DNA of 64,000 nucleotides from an uncultured Planctomycetaceae bacterium (GTDB lineage Bacteria; Planctomycetota; Planctomycetia; Planctomycetales; Planctomycetaceae). Below are positions 31,856 through 42,181 of the stretch, piece after piece. The notes under the pieces are model-generated. The model was not told the origin of the DNA. It saw only the letters and a program-made list of their open reading frames with translations, and did not search any database. Numbering within the stretch: the stretch's first letter is position 1; each line of letters begins with the position of its first letter. The translations under genes and the position numbers were made by a program. The stretch lies in contig CAWFGE010000012.1 in the NCBI GenBank assembly GCA_963815195.1, positions 448,001 through 512,000 on the forward strand. Direction: 5' to 3'.

Positions 31856-32770
31856 GTGTTTGCCGTTCGGCTCTTGTTTTATGGCGGAAACGAGGACTCT
31901 GTGTTTCCTCCCGTTGGACAATCTTCCAAACCTTCCCGCGGGAAATGGCGGCTAAGCCTCGGCCTGGTGCTGATGCTCGGGGCCATCGTCTGGATCGGGG
32001 CGGACCGCGTTCCCGCGAATGCCACCCGCCCGATTGCCTGGCAGGGAAGTCCAGCGCAGTTGGAATTGTCCGGCAACACGTTTCGCGTGGCGTCGTTCAA
32101 TATTCACGGCGGGAAGGGCACGGATCGCGAATTGGATCTGGGCCGGGTCGCAAAATGTCTCGCCGAGGTGCGGCCGGATTTCGCCGGCCTCAGCGAAGTT
32201 CACGGGACTTGCTTTGGAACGCGGCTCGATCAGGCCGCGGCGTTGGGGCAAGACTTGAACATGGCCGCGATGTTCGTGCCGACGGAACGGCGGTTCTGGC
32301 AGCCGAGCTTCGGGAATGGATTGCTCTCGCGCGTGGCCACATCGCCGGTGCACCGATTGCCCCTGCCTTGCACGCAGGGCAAGAAATACCGCACCGCGAT
32401 GTTGACGAGTTTTCAACTGGGCGAACAATCGGTGCGGGTGCTCTCGGTGCATTTGGATCGCGTCGCGGATCGCGAGACGCAGCTCGAGCGTGTGTTTTCT
32501 CTGTTTTGCGACCTGGAAAAACCGGCGATTCTGATGGGCGATTTGAATACCTTCCGCGATGACCCGCTGCTCGCGCACTGGCTCGGGAATCCGGAGATTC
32601 ATGATGTGATCGGCGAGCGGTTAGGCAAGAACGATTTTCCCCGGCGGATCGATTGGATCTTCACCCGTGGCCTGACCGCCGTCGATGCGGGCTGTGTCGA
32701 GAACGAGGCCTCCGATCATCCGCTCGTGTGGGCGGAGTTGAAATTGTTGGAAGCGGAGCCGAAACCTTAA
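31856..32770 (+). CDS. Endonuclease/exonuclease/phosphatase (EEP) family protein with N-terminal membrane segment; start uncertain
   Basis: VASFNIH, GLSEV, FGNGLLS, SVHLD, LMGDLN, IDWIF and ASDHPLV motifs. Confidence 0.85.
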   Translation: MFAVRLLFYGGNEDSVFPPVGQSSKPSRGKWRLSLGLVLMLGAIVWIGADRVPANATRPIAWQGSPAQLELSGNTFRVASFNIHGGKGTDRELDLGRVAKCLAEVRPDFAGLSEVHGTCFGTRLDQAAALGQDLNMAAMFVPTERRFWQPSFGNGLLSRVATSPVHRLPLPCTQGKKYRTAMLTSFQLGEQSVRVLSVHLDRVADRETQLERVFSLFCDLEKPAILMGDLNTFRDDPLLAHWLGNPEIHDVIGERLGKNDFPRRIDWIFTRGLTAVDAGCVENEASDHPLVWAELKLLEAEPKP

Positions 32771-33016
32771 TCCTTACAACTCAAAGTGTACACGGTCGGG
32801 TGGCCGGGGCGCAAATTCCCCTTTTGGACACGCTTAAATTGTAAATACTGGGGCAATGGACGACCTAGAAAATTGTCACACGGCCCCAGTCGTCAAAACC
32901 GCTTTTGTCCTTGGGACTTTCTTTTGCGCCCAGCCACCCCTTCACCTTCCATTGACAGTTTGAGTTACAAGTAACCATCCCGAGCCTTTGGCTTCTCAAT
33001 GAGGAATGGAATTCTC

Positions 33017-34027
33017 ATGAGCGTGTCCGTCGTCGTGCCGATTTATAACGAACTCGAAAACCTGCCGTTGTTGTACGCGGCCTTGACGGAGGTTTTGGGA
33101 AAGCTCCCGCGCGAGTACGAAATCATCCTCGTGGACGACGGCTCGAGCGACGGCTCGCTGGGCGTGATGGAAGACATGGCCGAACGCGATCCGCACGTGC
33201 GCGTGCTGGAGTTTCGCAAGAATTACGGCCAGACGGCGGCGATGGCCGCGGGCATCCAGGCGGCGACGGGGGATGTGATCGTCACGATGGACGGCGATCT
33301 GCAAAACGACCCCACCGACATTCCCAAGATGCTCGACCTGATCGATGAAGGCTACGACCTCGTCCACGGCTGGCGGAAAGACCGGCAGGATGCGTGGCTC
33401 AGCCGCAAGCTGCCTTCGCGGATCGCCAATTGGCTGATCTCCCGCGTCACCGTGTTCCCGGTGCACGATTTGGGCTGCACGCTCAAAGCCATCCGGCGGG
33501 AGATCGCCCAGGAGATCGAACTCTACGGCGAGATGCACCGCTTCATTCCCATCCTCGCCCGCAACCGCGGTGCCCGCTGCACCGAGATGGTGACGAAGCA
33601 TCACCCCCGCCGATTCGGGCAATCGAAATACGGCATCTCGCGAACGCTCCGCGTGCTGCTCGATTTGCTGACCGTGAAGTATTTGATCCAATACCTGCCC
33701 AGTCCGATGCGGCTGTTCGGCATGGGCGGTTTGGCCTGCTGTCTCGTCGGCCTTCTTTCGGGCACGGCGACGGTCGGCATGAAACTCTTCCAGGGCATCG
33801 ACATGACCGGCAATCCTTTATTGCTCTTGAGCGTGGGAGCCGTGATGCTCGGCGGGCAGTTCATCGTCTTGGGCATGCTGGGCGAACTTTGTGCCCGGAT
33901 TTATTTCTCCGTGAAGCACAAAGAAGTCTACGCGGTCCGCCGGTCCGTCAACTTCAACGAACCGCTGCCTTCGCTTTCAGCCTCGACGAAAGAACCCGAC
34001 GAACCGGTCCGCCACAAAGCGGCTTAA
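33017..34027 (+). CDS. GT2 polyprenol-phosphate glycosyltransferase (ArnC/DPM1-like) with two C-terminal TM helices
   Basis: [37 protein letters not shown] and SKYG motifs. Confidence 0.92.
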   Translation: MSVSVVVPIYNELENLPLLYAALTEVLGKLPREYEIILVDDGSSDGSLGVMEDMAERDPHVRVLEFRKNYGQTAAMAAGIQAATGDVIVTMDGDLQNDPTDIPKMLDLIDEGYDLVHGWRKDRQDAWLSRKLPSRIANWLISRVTVFPVHDLGCTLKAIRREIAQEIELYGEMHRFIPILARNRGARCTEMVTKHHPRRFGQSKYGISRTLRVLLDLLTVKYLIQYLPSPMRLFGMGGLACCLVGLLSGTATVGMKLFQGIDMTGNPLLLLSVGAVMLGGQFIVLGMLGELCARIYFSVKHKEVYAVRRSVNFNEPLPSLSASTKEPDEPVRHKAA

Positions 34028-34213
34028 ACCACGGATGGCATGCAATTCTGGTCGTCAGAGCAACGAAAAGGAATGAACCACGGATAGTACGAACCGCGAG
34101 GATAAAAGCATCAAACATGCCTCAGCCGCGAAAGGCAAACCGAAACGTTCGTGTCTTTGTGGTAAAAACCGATGTGAAATGCTAATGCCGGACGGTTTGG
34201 TCAAGGAGCGACA

Positions 34214-35869
34214 ATGACAACTGGGAATCAACGTGAACTGAAAACCTGGCGGCTTTCGGCGGCGGCGGTGTTTGGGTTGGGACTTTTGATTGTCTTTTTC
34301 GACCTGGAAGGCTACCGCACGCTGACCAAGCACGAAGGCTTCGTGGCCGTCGTCTCGCGGGAGATGCGCGAGAGCGGCGACTGGGTGGTGCCCCGGTTCG
34401 GCGGCTTGCCCCGCCTCAAAAAACCCCCGCTCGCGTACTGGGCGGCGGCTTCGGCGGGTTGGCTGTTCGGCGAAGATTCCCCCTGGACCGCAAGGTTTCC
34501 GTTCGCGGTCTCGGCGCTGTTGTTGGCCGGGTTGGTCGGCGTCTGGGCGGGGAAATGGTACGGACGCTGGAGCGGACTCGCGGCGGCGCTCGTGCAAATC
34601 TCCTGTGTCTACGTCATCAGTTTCTCCCGCAAAGCCGAGGTCGATATGCTGCTGTGCCTATTGACCACGTCGGCCCTGTTTCTCGTGGCGAACTCCGATC
34701 GCGAAGAAGCCCGCTCGCGCACATTTTTCCGCTGGACGGCGATTTATGCTCTCGTGGGTCTGGCCTGGCTCGCGAAGTTTCATTACGGACCCGCGATGGT
34801 CTTGGGCGTGATCGGCGTGTGGTTTGTCGTCGATCGCCGCTGGCCGAAGCTCTGGGACGTGCTCAACCCCGCGGGATTATTGATCCTGGCGGCGGCGGTC
34901 GTGATCTGGCCTTGGCTGCTTCTCCAGCGCGTCCCCGAAGCCTGGGAAATCTGGCGGACCGAAACCGTCGGCCGGGCCCTGGGCGTGTTCGGCCGCGATC
35001 CGTTCTGGTTTTATATCCCGCAGGCCTTCGTGCAGGCGCTGCCTTGGAGCGTGCTCCTCTGGAAAGCCGGCCGCGACAGTTTTCAAAAAGCCTGGAAACA
35101 AGGCGACACCCGCGAGCGGTTTCTGTGGGTCTGGTTTGTGACGCAGTTTGTGATCCTCTCCATCTCGGCGTTCAAGCATCATCATTACCTGATGGCCGCG
35201 ATGCCCGCGCTGTCGTTGATCCTGGGCCGAACTTTGGCGTCGCTCTGGTCGGACCTGCGAGCCGGCCGCGTGGAAATCACCCGCCGGCATGTCCTCACGC
35301 TCGCTTCGATTGCCTTGATGACCGGCGTGGGCGCTGCGGTGGGAATTTCGCTCAAGTGGCCGCATCTGATGACGGCCGCGATTGTGTTGGGCGTGAGCAT
35401 CGGAATCGCCGGCGTCTTTTGCAGCATTTGGCTGGCCCGGCAAAAGTGGACGAGCGCCGCGGTCACCGCCGGTTTGGGCTTCGCAGTATGTTACGGTCTG
35501 ATCACGGCCGCGATCTTCCCCAACCGCGACCGCCGTCTGCCCACGGTCGAGTTCGCCCAAAACCTTCGGCAAGTCGTTCCCGAGCAGCAGCCGCTGTGCG
35601 TTTATGGACTGAAGGAAGACCCGATCGTGTATTACCTCAAACAGCCGGCGTTCCGGTTGGAGTCGCCCGAGGAACTTTCGCGGCGGATCTCGCAAGCCGG
35701 TTCGCTGGTGATCCTCACCGACAAAGCCCACGTCCCGGAGTTGAGCAAATCGCATTTCGCGGCTCAACCGCTCCCGCTTCCCCAGAGCAGCGAACCGCTC
35801 CCGTGGGTGTTGATAAAACTCACCCCCGCCGCGACCGCGACATCGGAACGATCCACGCGAATCCGCTGA
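34214..35869 (+). CDS. ArnT/PMT-like (GT-C) multi-pass glycosyltransferase
   Basis: HEG..REMRESGDWVVP, KKPPLAYW, ARFP, AEVDM, LAKFH and K..HYLM motifs; many TM segments. Confidence 0.88.
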   Translation: MTTGNQRELKTWRLSAAAVFGLGLLIVFFDLEGYRTLTKHEGFVAVVSREMRESGDWVVPRFGGLPRLKKPPLAYWAAASAGWLFGEDSPWTARFPFAVSALLLAGLVGVWAGKWYGRWSGLAAALVQISCVYVISFSRKAEVDMLLCLLTTSALFLVANSDREEARSRTFFRWTAIYALVGLAWLAKFHYGPAMVLGVIGVWFVVDRRWPKLWDVLNPAGLLILAAAVVIWPWLLLQRVPEAWEIWRTETVGRALGVFGRDPFWFYIPQAFVQALPWSVLLWKAGRDSFQKAWKQGDTRERFLWVWFVTQFVILSISAFKHHHYLMAAMPALSLILGRTLASLWSDLRAGRVEITRRHVLTLASIALMTGVGAAVGISLKWPHLMTAAIVLGVSIGIAGVFCSIWLARQKWTSAAVTAGLGFAVCYGLITAAIFPNRDRRLPTVEFAQNLRQVVPEQQPLCVYGLKEDPIVYYLKQPAFRLESPEELSRRISQAGSLVILTDKAHVPELSKSHFAAQPLPLPQSSEPLPWVLIKLTPAATATSERSTRIR

Positions 35870-35881
35870 GTTACCGCGACG

Positions 35882-36772
35882 TTACCATCGGAGAGATTCC
35901 CGGCTCCGACGCCACTCTTCGGGAATTCCTGCGGGACCGACGCTTAAAGCGACGATTCCGCCGATGATCGCGCACGTGGTGTCCACATCCCCTCCGACGC
36001 GGGCCGCGATCCATAATGCTTCGCAGTAATCATCCAAATGAGCCGCCGCGAGCCAGAGGCAGAACGGCACGGTGTCCTGTGCGCTCACCTGGTCGCCGCA
36101 TCCCACTTCATTGGCGACGGTGAAGGGCCATTCGTCCAATGGGCATTTCGCGGCCGTTTCGAGGCCTCGGCGAACTTCGCTGTCCTCCAAATGCTCGAGG
36201 ACGAAAGGCAGCATGCCGCTGGGATCTTCCGACCTGTTTCCATGAGCCCGCTGCCAGGCCCAACCGGCTGCCAATGCCACGGCGACGGCACCGATTTGTC
36301 CTTCCCGGTGCGCATGCGTGACTTCTGCGGAAAGGGCCGCCTGTTCGACCGTGCGATCCACATCTTCCGCGAACCAGCCGCCCAAAGGTGCGACCCGCAT
36401 CGCTCCGCCGTTGCCGAACGAGCCTTGCCCGCCGAACATCTCCCGGCTCGCCGGCCGCCAATCCGCCCCGCGGTTGATGTCGTTCAAAAGACGGAACGCC
36501 CCGCCGCCGTAACCGCGTCCGGGATCGGCGGCAAAACGGCTGGCAAAGGTTTGAGCAAGCGCATTTTGATCGATCTGGCCGTGCGCTTCGAGCACTTCGA
36601 CGATCGCCATCGCCATCTCCGTGTCGTCCGTGTAATGCCACGGAGGCGGCGGGAGATGATTTCGGTCCGCTTGCTCGACAACGCCGGGAAAGAAGAACCG
36701 CTGCCCAAACGCGTCCCCGATGGACAACCCCTCCAAAGCCAGTCGTGTTCGTTCCGATTGTTCGGCTGCCAT
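35882..36772 (-). CDS. ADP-ribosylglycohydrolase (ARH/DraG family)
   Basis: GDAFG, YTDDTEM, GRGYG, GNGGAMR, VTH and GGDVDTT motifs. Confidence 0.93.
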   Translation of the reverse strand: MAAEQSERTRLALEGLSIGDAFGQRFFFPGVVEQADRNHLPPPPWHYTDDTEMAMAIVEVLEAHGQIDQNALAQTFASRFAADPGRGYGGGAFRLLNDINRGADWRPASREMFGGQGSFGNGGAMRVAPLGGWFAEDVDRTVEQAALSAEVTHAHREGQIGAVAVALAAGWAWQRAHGNRSEDPSGMLPFVLEHLEDSEVRRGLETAAKCPLDEWPFTVANEVGCGDQVSAQDTVPFCLWLAAAHLDDYCEALWIAARVGGDVDTTCAIIGGIVALSVGPAGIPEEWRRSRESLRW

Positions 36773-36789
36773 CGGTCAACTCCTCCAGC

Positions 36790-38109
36790 CTACAAAATCG
36801 CCCGCACTGCGCTCGCGAGGCGCTTCATGCCCAGGTCGATGCCCGCGGGCGTTTGCACACCGAAGCTCAGCCGCATCTGGTTTCGCGGGCGGGCTTCGTC
36901 GGGCGGAAGGTGGGGATCGGCGGCGAAGCACAATTCGCCCGGCACGTACATCACCTCTTGCACTTTCGTCGCCTGCTCGAACAGCGGACTGTCGAATCCG
37001 GTGGAGACGCCTTCGGGCAGCGTCATCCACACGTAAAGTCCGCCGTGGGGGTGCACCCAACTCACACCGGGAATGCCCGTGAAGTATTTCGCCGCGGCGG
37101 TCAGCATCGCATCGCGTTTGGTGCGATAGGAATTCCGCACCTGTTCGACGTGGGGATAATAATGGCCGTCTTCGAAGACTTGGGCGATGAGGTGCTGGTT
37201 GAGATTCGCCGAGCCGAAGTCTTCGTTGCCTTTGCGGTCGCAAATCGGGGCGATCAAATCCCGCGGGGCGACGCCGTAGCCCACCCGCACGCCGGGCGAA
37301 AAACTTTTGGAAAAGGTCTGCGTGTAAATCACCGTTTCGCGGTCCGGATCGAAGCTCCACACGCTGGGCAAATCGGGCCCATCGTACCTGAGTTCCCGAT
37401 ACGCGGCGTCTTCCAGGATGAAAATCCGCTGCCGCTTCGACCACCGCCGGGCGATTTGGACGACTTCCTCCCGGCGGTCTTCGGAAAGGCTCGCGCCGCT
37501 GGGGTTCTCGTAATAGCTCACCAGATAAATGAGTTTCACGCGGTCCAGAAGCCCCTCCGCTTCGAGGCGGGCGAGCTCGGATTCGAGGGCGTCCATCCGC
37601 ATGCCGTCGTCGTCGGTCGCCACGGGAATCGCCTGGGCTCCCAAGCCGTCGAGGACGCCCAGGAACACGAAATAAGTCGGCGACGCGACGAGGCAGATAT
37701 CGCCCGGGTCCAAAAGAATTTCCCCGACGAGCGACAAGAATTGCTGCGAGCCGGTGGTGAGGAGCAATTGATCCGTGGAAATGCCCAGCCGATCGGTCGG
37801 GCAGCTTTCCTGCGAAGCCAAGTGGCTCAAGAGTTCCCGCCTTAAGCGTTCGGCCCCTGCGGTGGTGCCGTATTGCAGGACGATGCGGGCGAAGTCGTCC
37901 CGCTCGAGCAATCGCCCCGCGGCTTCGCGGGCTTCTTCGACGGGCAGGCTGCCCGGGTCCACGAGTCCCGCCGCCAGCGACAACACGCCCGGGTTTTCGA
38001 CGCCCTGCTGCATCAGAAAACTAATCGCCCCCTTGCTGGCCCATTGCCAGCGCCGGCTGAGCCGGAGGGCGGGTTGCGTGGTCGGCGGGGCGTCGGTGTC
38101 GGTGCTCAT
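36790..38109 (-). CDS. PLP-dependent class I/II aminotransferase (LysN/MocR-like, no HTH)
   Basis: LSLAAG, LQYG, TGSQQ, NPSG, EDAAY, TFSKSFSPGVRVG and RLSF motifs. Confidence 0.9.
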   Translation of the reverse strand: MSTDTDAPPTTQPALRLSRRWQWASKGAISFLMQQGVENPGVLSLAAGLVDPGSLPVEEAREAAGRLLERDDFARIVLQYGTTAGAERLRRELLSHLASQESCPTDRLGISTDQLLLTTGSQQFLSLVGEILLDPGDICLVASPTYFVFLGVLDGLGAQAIPVATDDDGMRMDALESELARLEAEGLLDRVKLIYLVSYYENPSGASLSEDRREEVVQIARRWSKRQRIFILEDAAYRELRYDGPDLPSVWSFDPDRETVIYTQTFSKSFSPGVRVGYGVAPRDLIAPICDRKGNEDFGSANLNQHLIAQVFEDGHYYPHVEQVRNSYRTKRDAMLTAAAKYFTGIPGVSWVHPHGGLYVWMTLPEGVSTGFDSPLFEQATKVQEVMYVPGELCFAADPHLPPDEARPRNQMRLSFGVQTPAGIDLGMKRLASAVRAIL

Positions 38110-38397
38110 AAGGCGGTCGGCCGCTCGGTGAAAGGAGAGAAAAGGACATCCACCCGCATCGGAGACACGGCATTTTGAAAAAGGCTCGCGCGGCGGTCTC
38201 CGTTCATCGTCTCCCCTGCGGTTTGGTCCGTCAACCGTCCCTTCCCCTAGAAATCCGCACAGATGTTCGGCAGCGGGAGGGGTTCGTCTTGACCCTCCTT
38301 ATTGAGGGGATTATAAGCCCATCACGCAAACACGCGGGCGCGGGGCGATTGGTTCCGGCTCAGAGACGGCGACTTTTGTCACGGACGACAACCCATC

Positions 38398-40434
38398 ATG
38401 TCGGAAATTCCCACCGCGACTTTCCCCATCAGCGATCCCGCCGATGTGCCGGACAACGCAATGGCCGCGGAGCCGTCCGCGCGGCCGAGCCTTTACCGCC
38501 GGGCGGCGCGGTTTGGGATGCGACTCGTTCGCCGGGCGCTGCTCTTGGCCCGGAGCGCGCATCACTTTGCCCTTAAGAAAGGCGGCTGGCACCGCGCGCC
38601 GTTCGCCGCGGCGTTGCGGGGTTGGCAGTTGCTGCGGAAGGGCGGCGTGAGCGGGCTGGTTCGCCGGTTTCGGATTTTTATCTACCGCGTCGCGTGTTCG
38701 AGTTCGTTTCGCATTCCACTGTCGAATCAATTGACACCCGAAGACGCCGAGCGGTTGTTGGAAGCCCTCGAACTTCAGCCGCGGATTTCGCTGATCGTTC
38801 CGGTGTATCGCATCGAACCGCGCTGGTTGGATTTGTGCATCGGGTCGGTGGTGAACCAGTCTTATCCGAATTGGGAACTGGTTCTCGTGGATGACGGCTC
38901 CGGCGAACGGGCGCTCTCGGAGTTGATGACCGCGTGGGCGGCCCGCGACGAGCGCATCCGGTTGGTGCCCTTGGGGGAGAACCGGAACATCTCCGGGGCG
39001 ACGAACGCGGGGATCGAGCACGCGACGGGCGAGTTCATCGGGTTTTTGGACCACGACGACGAACTCACGCCGGATGCGCTCGCGTGGATCGTCGCCTATC
39101 ATAACCGCCGTCCGGAGGCGCGCTGGTTCTATTCGGACGAGGTGATTGTGAACCCCGAAGGCCAATGCCTGAATTTGCATTTGAAGCCCGATTTTTCGCC
39201 GGAGTTTCTGCTCTCGGCGATGTATACCTGCCATTTGAGCGTGTACGCGGCGGACTTGATCCGCGAAACCGGCGGGATGCGGCTGGGCTTTGAGGGTTCG
39301 CAGGATCACGACTTAGCACTGCGGATTTCCGAGACCGTCCGCCGGGACCAGGTTGTGCATATTCCCCGCGTGCTTTACCGCTGGCGGGCGGTGGAGTCGT
39401 CCACGGCGGCGGATGTGGACTGTAAGCCCCACGCGCTGGTCGCGGGCCGCCGGGCGGTGAAAGAAGCGTTAGCGCGGCGAGGCATTCGCGGCCAGGTTCG
39501 ACCGTCGCCTTATTGCTCGTCGATGTATGAAATCCATCTCCAGCCCCAGCGGTTCCCAGCCGTTTCGATCATCATCCCCACGAAGAACGGCCTTGCCGAT
39601 CTCAAAACCTGCCTCGATTCCCTGCATAAGAAAACCCGCTATCCGGATTATGAAGTCATCGTGATCGACAACCAATCCGACGACCCGAAGCTGCTTGCGT
39701 ATCTGGAACAGGAGCAACAGGCGGGCCGGCTGCGGGTGTTGCCTTATCCGGAGCCGTTTAATCATTCGGACATGAACAACCAGGCCGTCGCGGCGTGCGA
39801 CTCCGAGTATGTCGTGTTCATGAACAACGATGTGGAATTGATTTCGGAGGCTTGGCTCGAAACCCTCGTTGCGGCGGCGGAGTTGGATCGCTCGATCGCG
39901 GGCGTGGGAGCCAAGCTGCTTTATCCGGACAATGCGGTGCAGCACGCCGGGCTGCTCTTGGGGATTTGCGGACTCGCGGGACACGCCCACCGCTTTGCGG
40001 AGGATGACGACCCGGGTTATCTGTGCCGGGCGAATCTGCTCAATGAATTCAGCGGAGCGACCGCGGCTTTGTTATTGATGCGGAAGTCCGCGTTCCGGGA
40101 AGTCGGCGGTTTTGACGAGGCGTTGTTCCCCACGAGCTTCAACGATGTGGACCTGTGGATCCGGCTCGGGAAGGCGGGCTATCGCTGTCTGTATAACCCG
40201 TTCGTCAAGGCCTACCATTACGAATCCAAAACCCGCAAAACCCCGCCGCCGACGGAAGCCGAATACGAAAACCGCCTCAAGGAAAAATGGAAGACGGAAC
40301 TGGCCAGCGACCGGTTTTACAATCCGAACCTGGGGCTGGACAACGAACTGTTCTTCAACCACCGCCCGTATCCGATCGATCTGGACGAGTTCCTGCCCGC
40401 CGCCGCGTCCCGCGGCAGCGCAAAGGCCGCGTGA
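38398..40434 (+). CDS. Two-domain GT2 glycosyltransferase
   Basis: Domain 1: SLIVPVY, VDDGS, FLDHDDEL, SQDHDL. Domain 2: SIIIPTKN, IDNQS, MNNDVE, FNDVDL. Confidence 0.92.
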   Translation: MSEIPTATFPISDPADVPDNAMAAEPSARPSLYRRAARFGMRLVRRALLLARSAHHFALKKGGWHRAPFAAALRGWQLLRKGGVSGLVRRFRIFIYRVACSSSFRIPLSNQLTPEDAERLLEALELQPRISLIVPVYRIEPRWLDLCIGSVVNQSYPNWELVLVDDGSGERALSELMTAWAARDERIRLVPLGENRNISGATNAGIEHATGEFIGFLDHDDELTPDALAWIVAYHNRRPEARWFYSDEVIVNPEGQCLNLHLKPDFSPEFLLSAMYTCHLSVYAADLIRETGGMRLGFEGSQDHDLALRISETVRRDQVVHIPRVLYRWRAVESSTAADVDCKPHALVAGRRAVKEALARRGIRGQVRPSPYCSSMYEIHLQPQRFPAVSIIIPTKNGLADLKTCLDSLHKKTRYPDYEVIVIDNQSDDPKLLAYLEQEQQAGRLRVLPYPEPFNHSDMNNQAVAACDSEYVVFMNNDVELISEAWLETLVAAAELDRSIAGVGAKLLYPDNAVQHAGLLLGICGLAGHAHRFAEDDDPGYLCRANLLNEFSGATAALLLMRKSAFREVGGFDEALFPTSFNDVDLWIRLGKAGYRCLYNPFVKAYHYESKTRKTPPPTEAEYENRLKEKWKTELASDRFYNPNLGLDNELFFNHRPYPIDLDEFLPAAASRGSAKAA

Positions 40435-40473
40435 TTGCGAGCTGCAGGCATTAAATCACCGTGTGCGATTTCC

Positions 40474-40711
40474 CCTCGTTCCCAAGCTCCAGCTTGGGAA
40501 CGCACTTCCGCGAAGCTCCGCTTCGCAACGACGGGCGAATCACATCCAATCAGTGACGACGTCGATCAACCCCGCCTGTTTTTCGAAGATGCGGTATCGT
40601 GCGCGCCATTCGTCTGTCTCCCCGGGGAACTGGAGTTGATTATAGAACAGGCGCGTTGCCAAGCGGAGCTTGGCGACAAGTGCGTTTCCCAGCTGGAGCT
40701 TGGGAACGAGG
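40474..40711 (-). mobile_element. Non-autonomous REP-flanked element containing an internally deleted RAYT (REP-associated tyrosine transposase) remnant
   Basis: About 57-bp imperfect terminal inverted repeats beginning CCTCGTTCCCAAGCTCCAGCT. Inside, the minus strand has TATAAT, GGGGAGA and ATG-GCG-CGC followed out of frame by RYRIFEK-QAGLIDVVTDWM-stop. Confidence 0.7.
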
Positions 40712-40742
40712 CGGGGCAACGCGAAGGCCGCGTGATCGAATG

Positions 40743-40776
40743 AAAAAAGCCCAAGGCGAGTCGTGCCGCCCTGGGC
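40743..40776 (-). terminator. Intrinsic terminator of the 40817-42055 gene
   Basis: Minus strand GCCCAGGGCG-loop-CGCCTTGGGC followed by TTTTTT. Confidence 0.6.
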
Positions 40777-40816
40777 CTGCGAATGTCAATTCCACAGTCT
40801 TAAAACTTGCCGCGGC

Positions 40817-42055
40817 TCATTTCCGGCTGATGTCGTAGACCGTCAGCGTGTCCTGGTCGCGCAGGTACAAGCGGCCGTTGGCGACGACGGGGTGAGCCCA
40901 GGTGGGCTTGCCGGAATCGGGGGTGTCGAAGCGGCCATGCTCGACGTATTCTTTCGGGTTGACATCGACGAGGGCCATCTGGTTTTTCTCGCCGAAGCAG
41001 TAAAGCTGCCCGTCGGCGCAGCACAAGGAGCCTTTGCCGACGCTGCGGTCCCGCCAGGCGATTTCGCCGGTGAGGAACTCCATGCAGATCAGCCCGCCGC
41101 TGCCGAAGCCGTACATGGAATCGCCGACGAGCACGATCCCCCCGTGATGGTTGGCGAGCGGTTTTTGGAAGTAGACTTCCTCGGCGGTGAAGTCGGAGCC
41201 TTTGCGGGTGATCTTCACCAAACCGCCGCCCGTGCCGTAGGCCGAGGACGAGAACACGTAGTTGTCTTTGACGATCGGCGTGGCGACGTTCGCGGTGCCG
41301 TTGGCGGATTTGCTGTAGTCCCAGAGCAGCCGGCCGTCTTTGGCGTCCACGCTCACAATTCGCTGCCGGGTGAATTGGACGAGTTGATGCACGCCTTCGA
41401 TGTCGGCGGCGATGGCGGAGCTGTAATGGGCGGGATCGGTGACGTCGGTGCTTTTCCAGATGACTTCGCCGGTCAACTTGTTGAGGGCCACGATCGTCCC
41501 CTGTTTGCCGCCGGGCGTGACGATCAGTTTTTCGCCATCGACCAGCGGGCTTTCGCTGTAGCCCCAGCCGGGCCGCTTGCCGCCGAAGTCGTCGACGAGA
41601 TGAGCGCTCCACACGACATCGCCGGATTCGGCTTTCAGGCAGGTCAAGGAGCCGTCGCCGCCTTCGCAATAGACATAATTGCCGTCCACGGTGGGCGTGC
41701 CCCGCGGCCCGTCGCCCCGGCCGTGCGTGAAGGCCTTCTTTTCCCGCGGCGGGCGGACGGACCAGATTTGGTCCCCGGTCTTCTCATCGTAGCATTGAAT
41801 CCGGCCTTCCTCGTCCATGTTGCCTTGCGTGAACACGCGGCCGTCGGCCACCGAGACCGTGGCGTAGGCTTTGCCCACGTTGTCGGCTTTCCAGACGACC
41901 TTCGGACCGCCTTCCGGCCATTCGTGCAACAGGCCCGTCTCGTCGGAGATGCCCGTGCGATCCGGCCCGCGCCACTGCGGCCAATCGTCGGCAACGGCTC
42001 CGGCCATCAAGAGACTCAAGGAGAACAAAACAATTAGACCAGGACGGAGTTTCAT
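40817..42055 (-). CDS. PQQ-binding-like beta-propeller protein
   Basis: Signal peptide; DWPQWRGPDRTG, GPRGTP, YSESPLV, YSS and WAHPVVANGRLYLRD motifs. Confidence 0.9.
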   Translation of the reverse strand: MKLRPGLIVLFSLSLLMAGAVADDWPQWRGPDRTGISDETGLLHEWPEGGPKVVWKADNVGKAYATVSVADGRVFTQGNMDEEGRIQCYDEKTGDQIWSVRPPREKKAFTHGRGDGPRGTPTVDGNYVYCEGGDGSLTCLKAESGDVVWSAHLVDDFGGKRPGWGYSESPLVDGEKLIVTPGGKQGTIVALNKLTGEVIWKSTDVTDPAHYSSAIAADIEGVHQLVQFTRQRIVSVDAKDGRLLWDYSKSANGTANVATPIVKDNYVFSSSAYGTGGGLVKITRKGSDFTAEEVYFQKPLANHHGGIVLVGDSMYGFGSGGLICMEFLTGEIAWRDRSVGKGSLCCADGQLYCFGEKNQMALVDVNPKEYVEHGRFDTPDSGKPTWAHPVVANGRLYLRDQDTLTVYDISRK

Positions 42056-42181
42056 GGGCAGGTCCTCGACAAGGCAGGCAAAGTCAGGCGGGTTTCCTGG
42101 CCGGGGGTGTGGTTGGATGAATCCCGGCGCGACGTTCGATCAGTATAAATCGAACCCAGCCCAAGGGAAAGCCAGCGACGG

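Noticed and set aside
34026..34168. Degenerate AACCACGGAT / TTCGTGTCTTTGTGGT repeats between the two glycosyltransferases
   Set aside because: Too short and degenerate to define as an element from this window alone.
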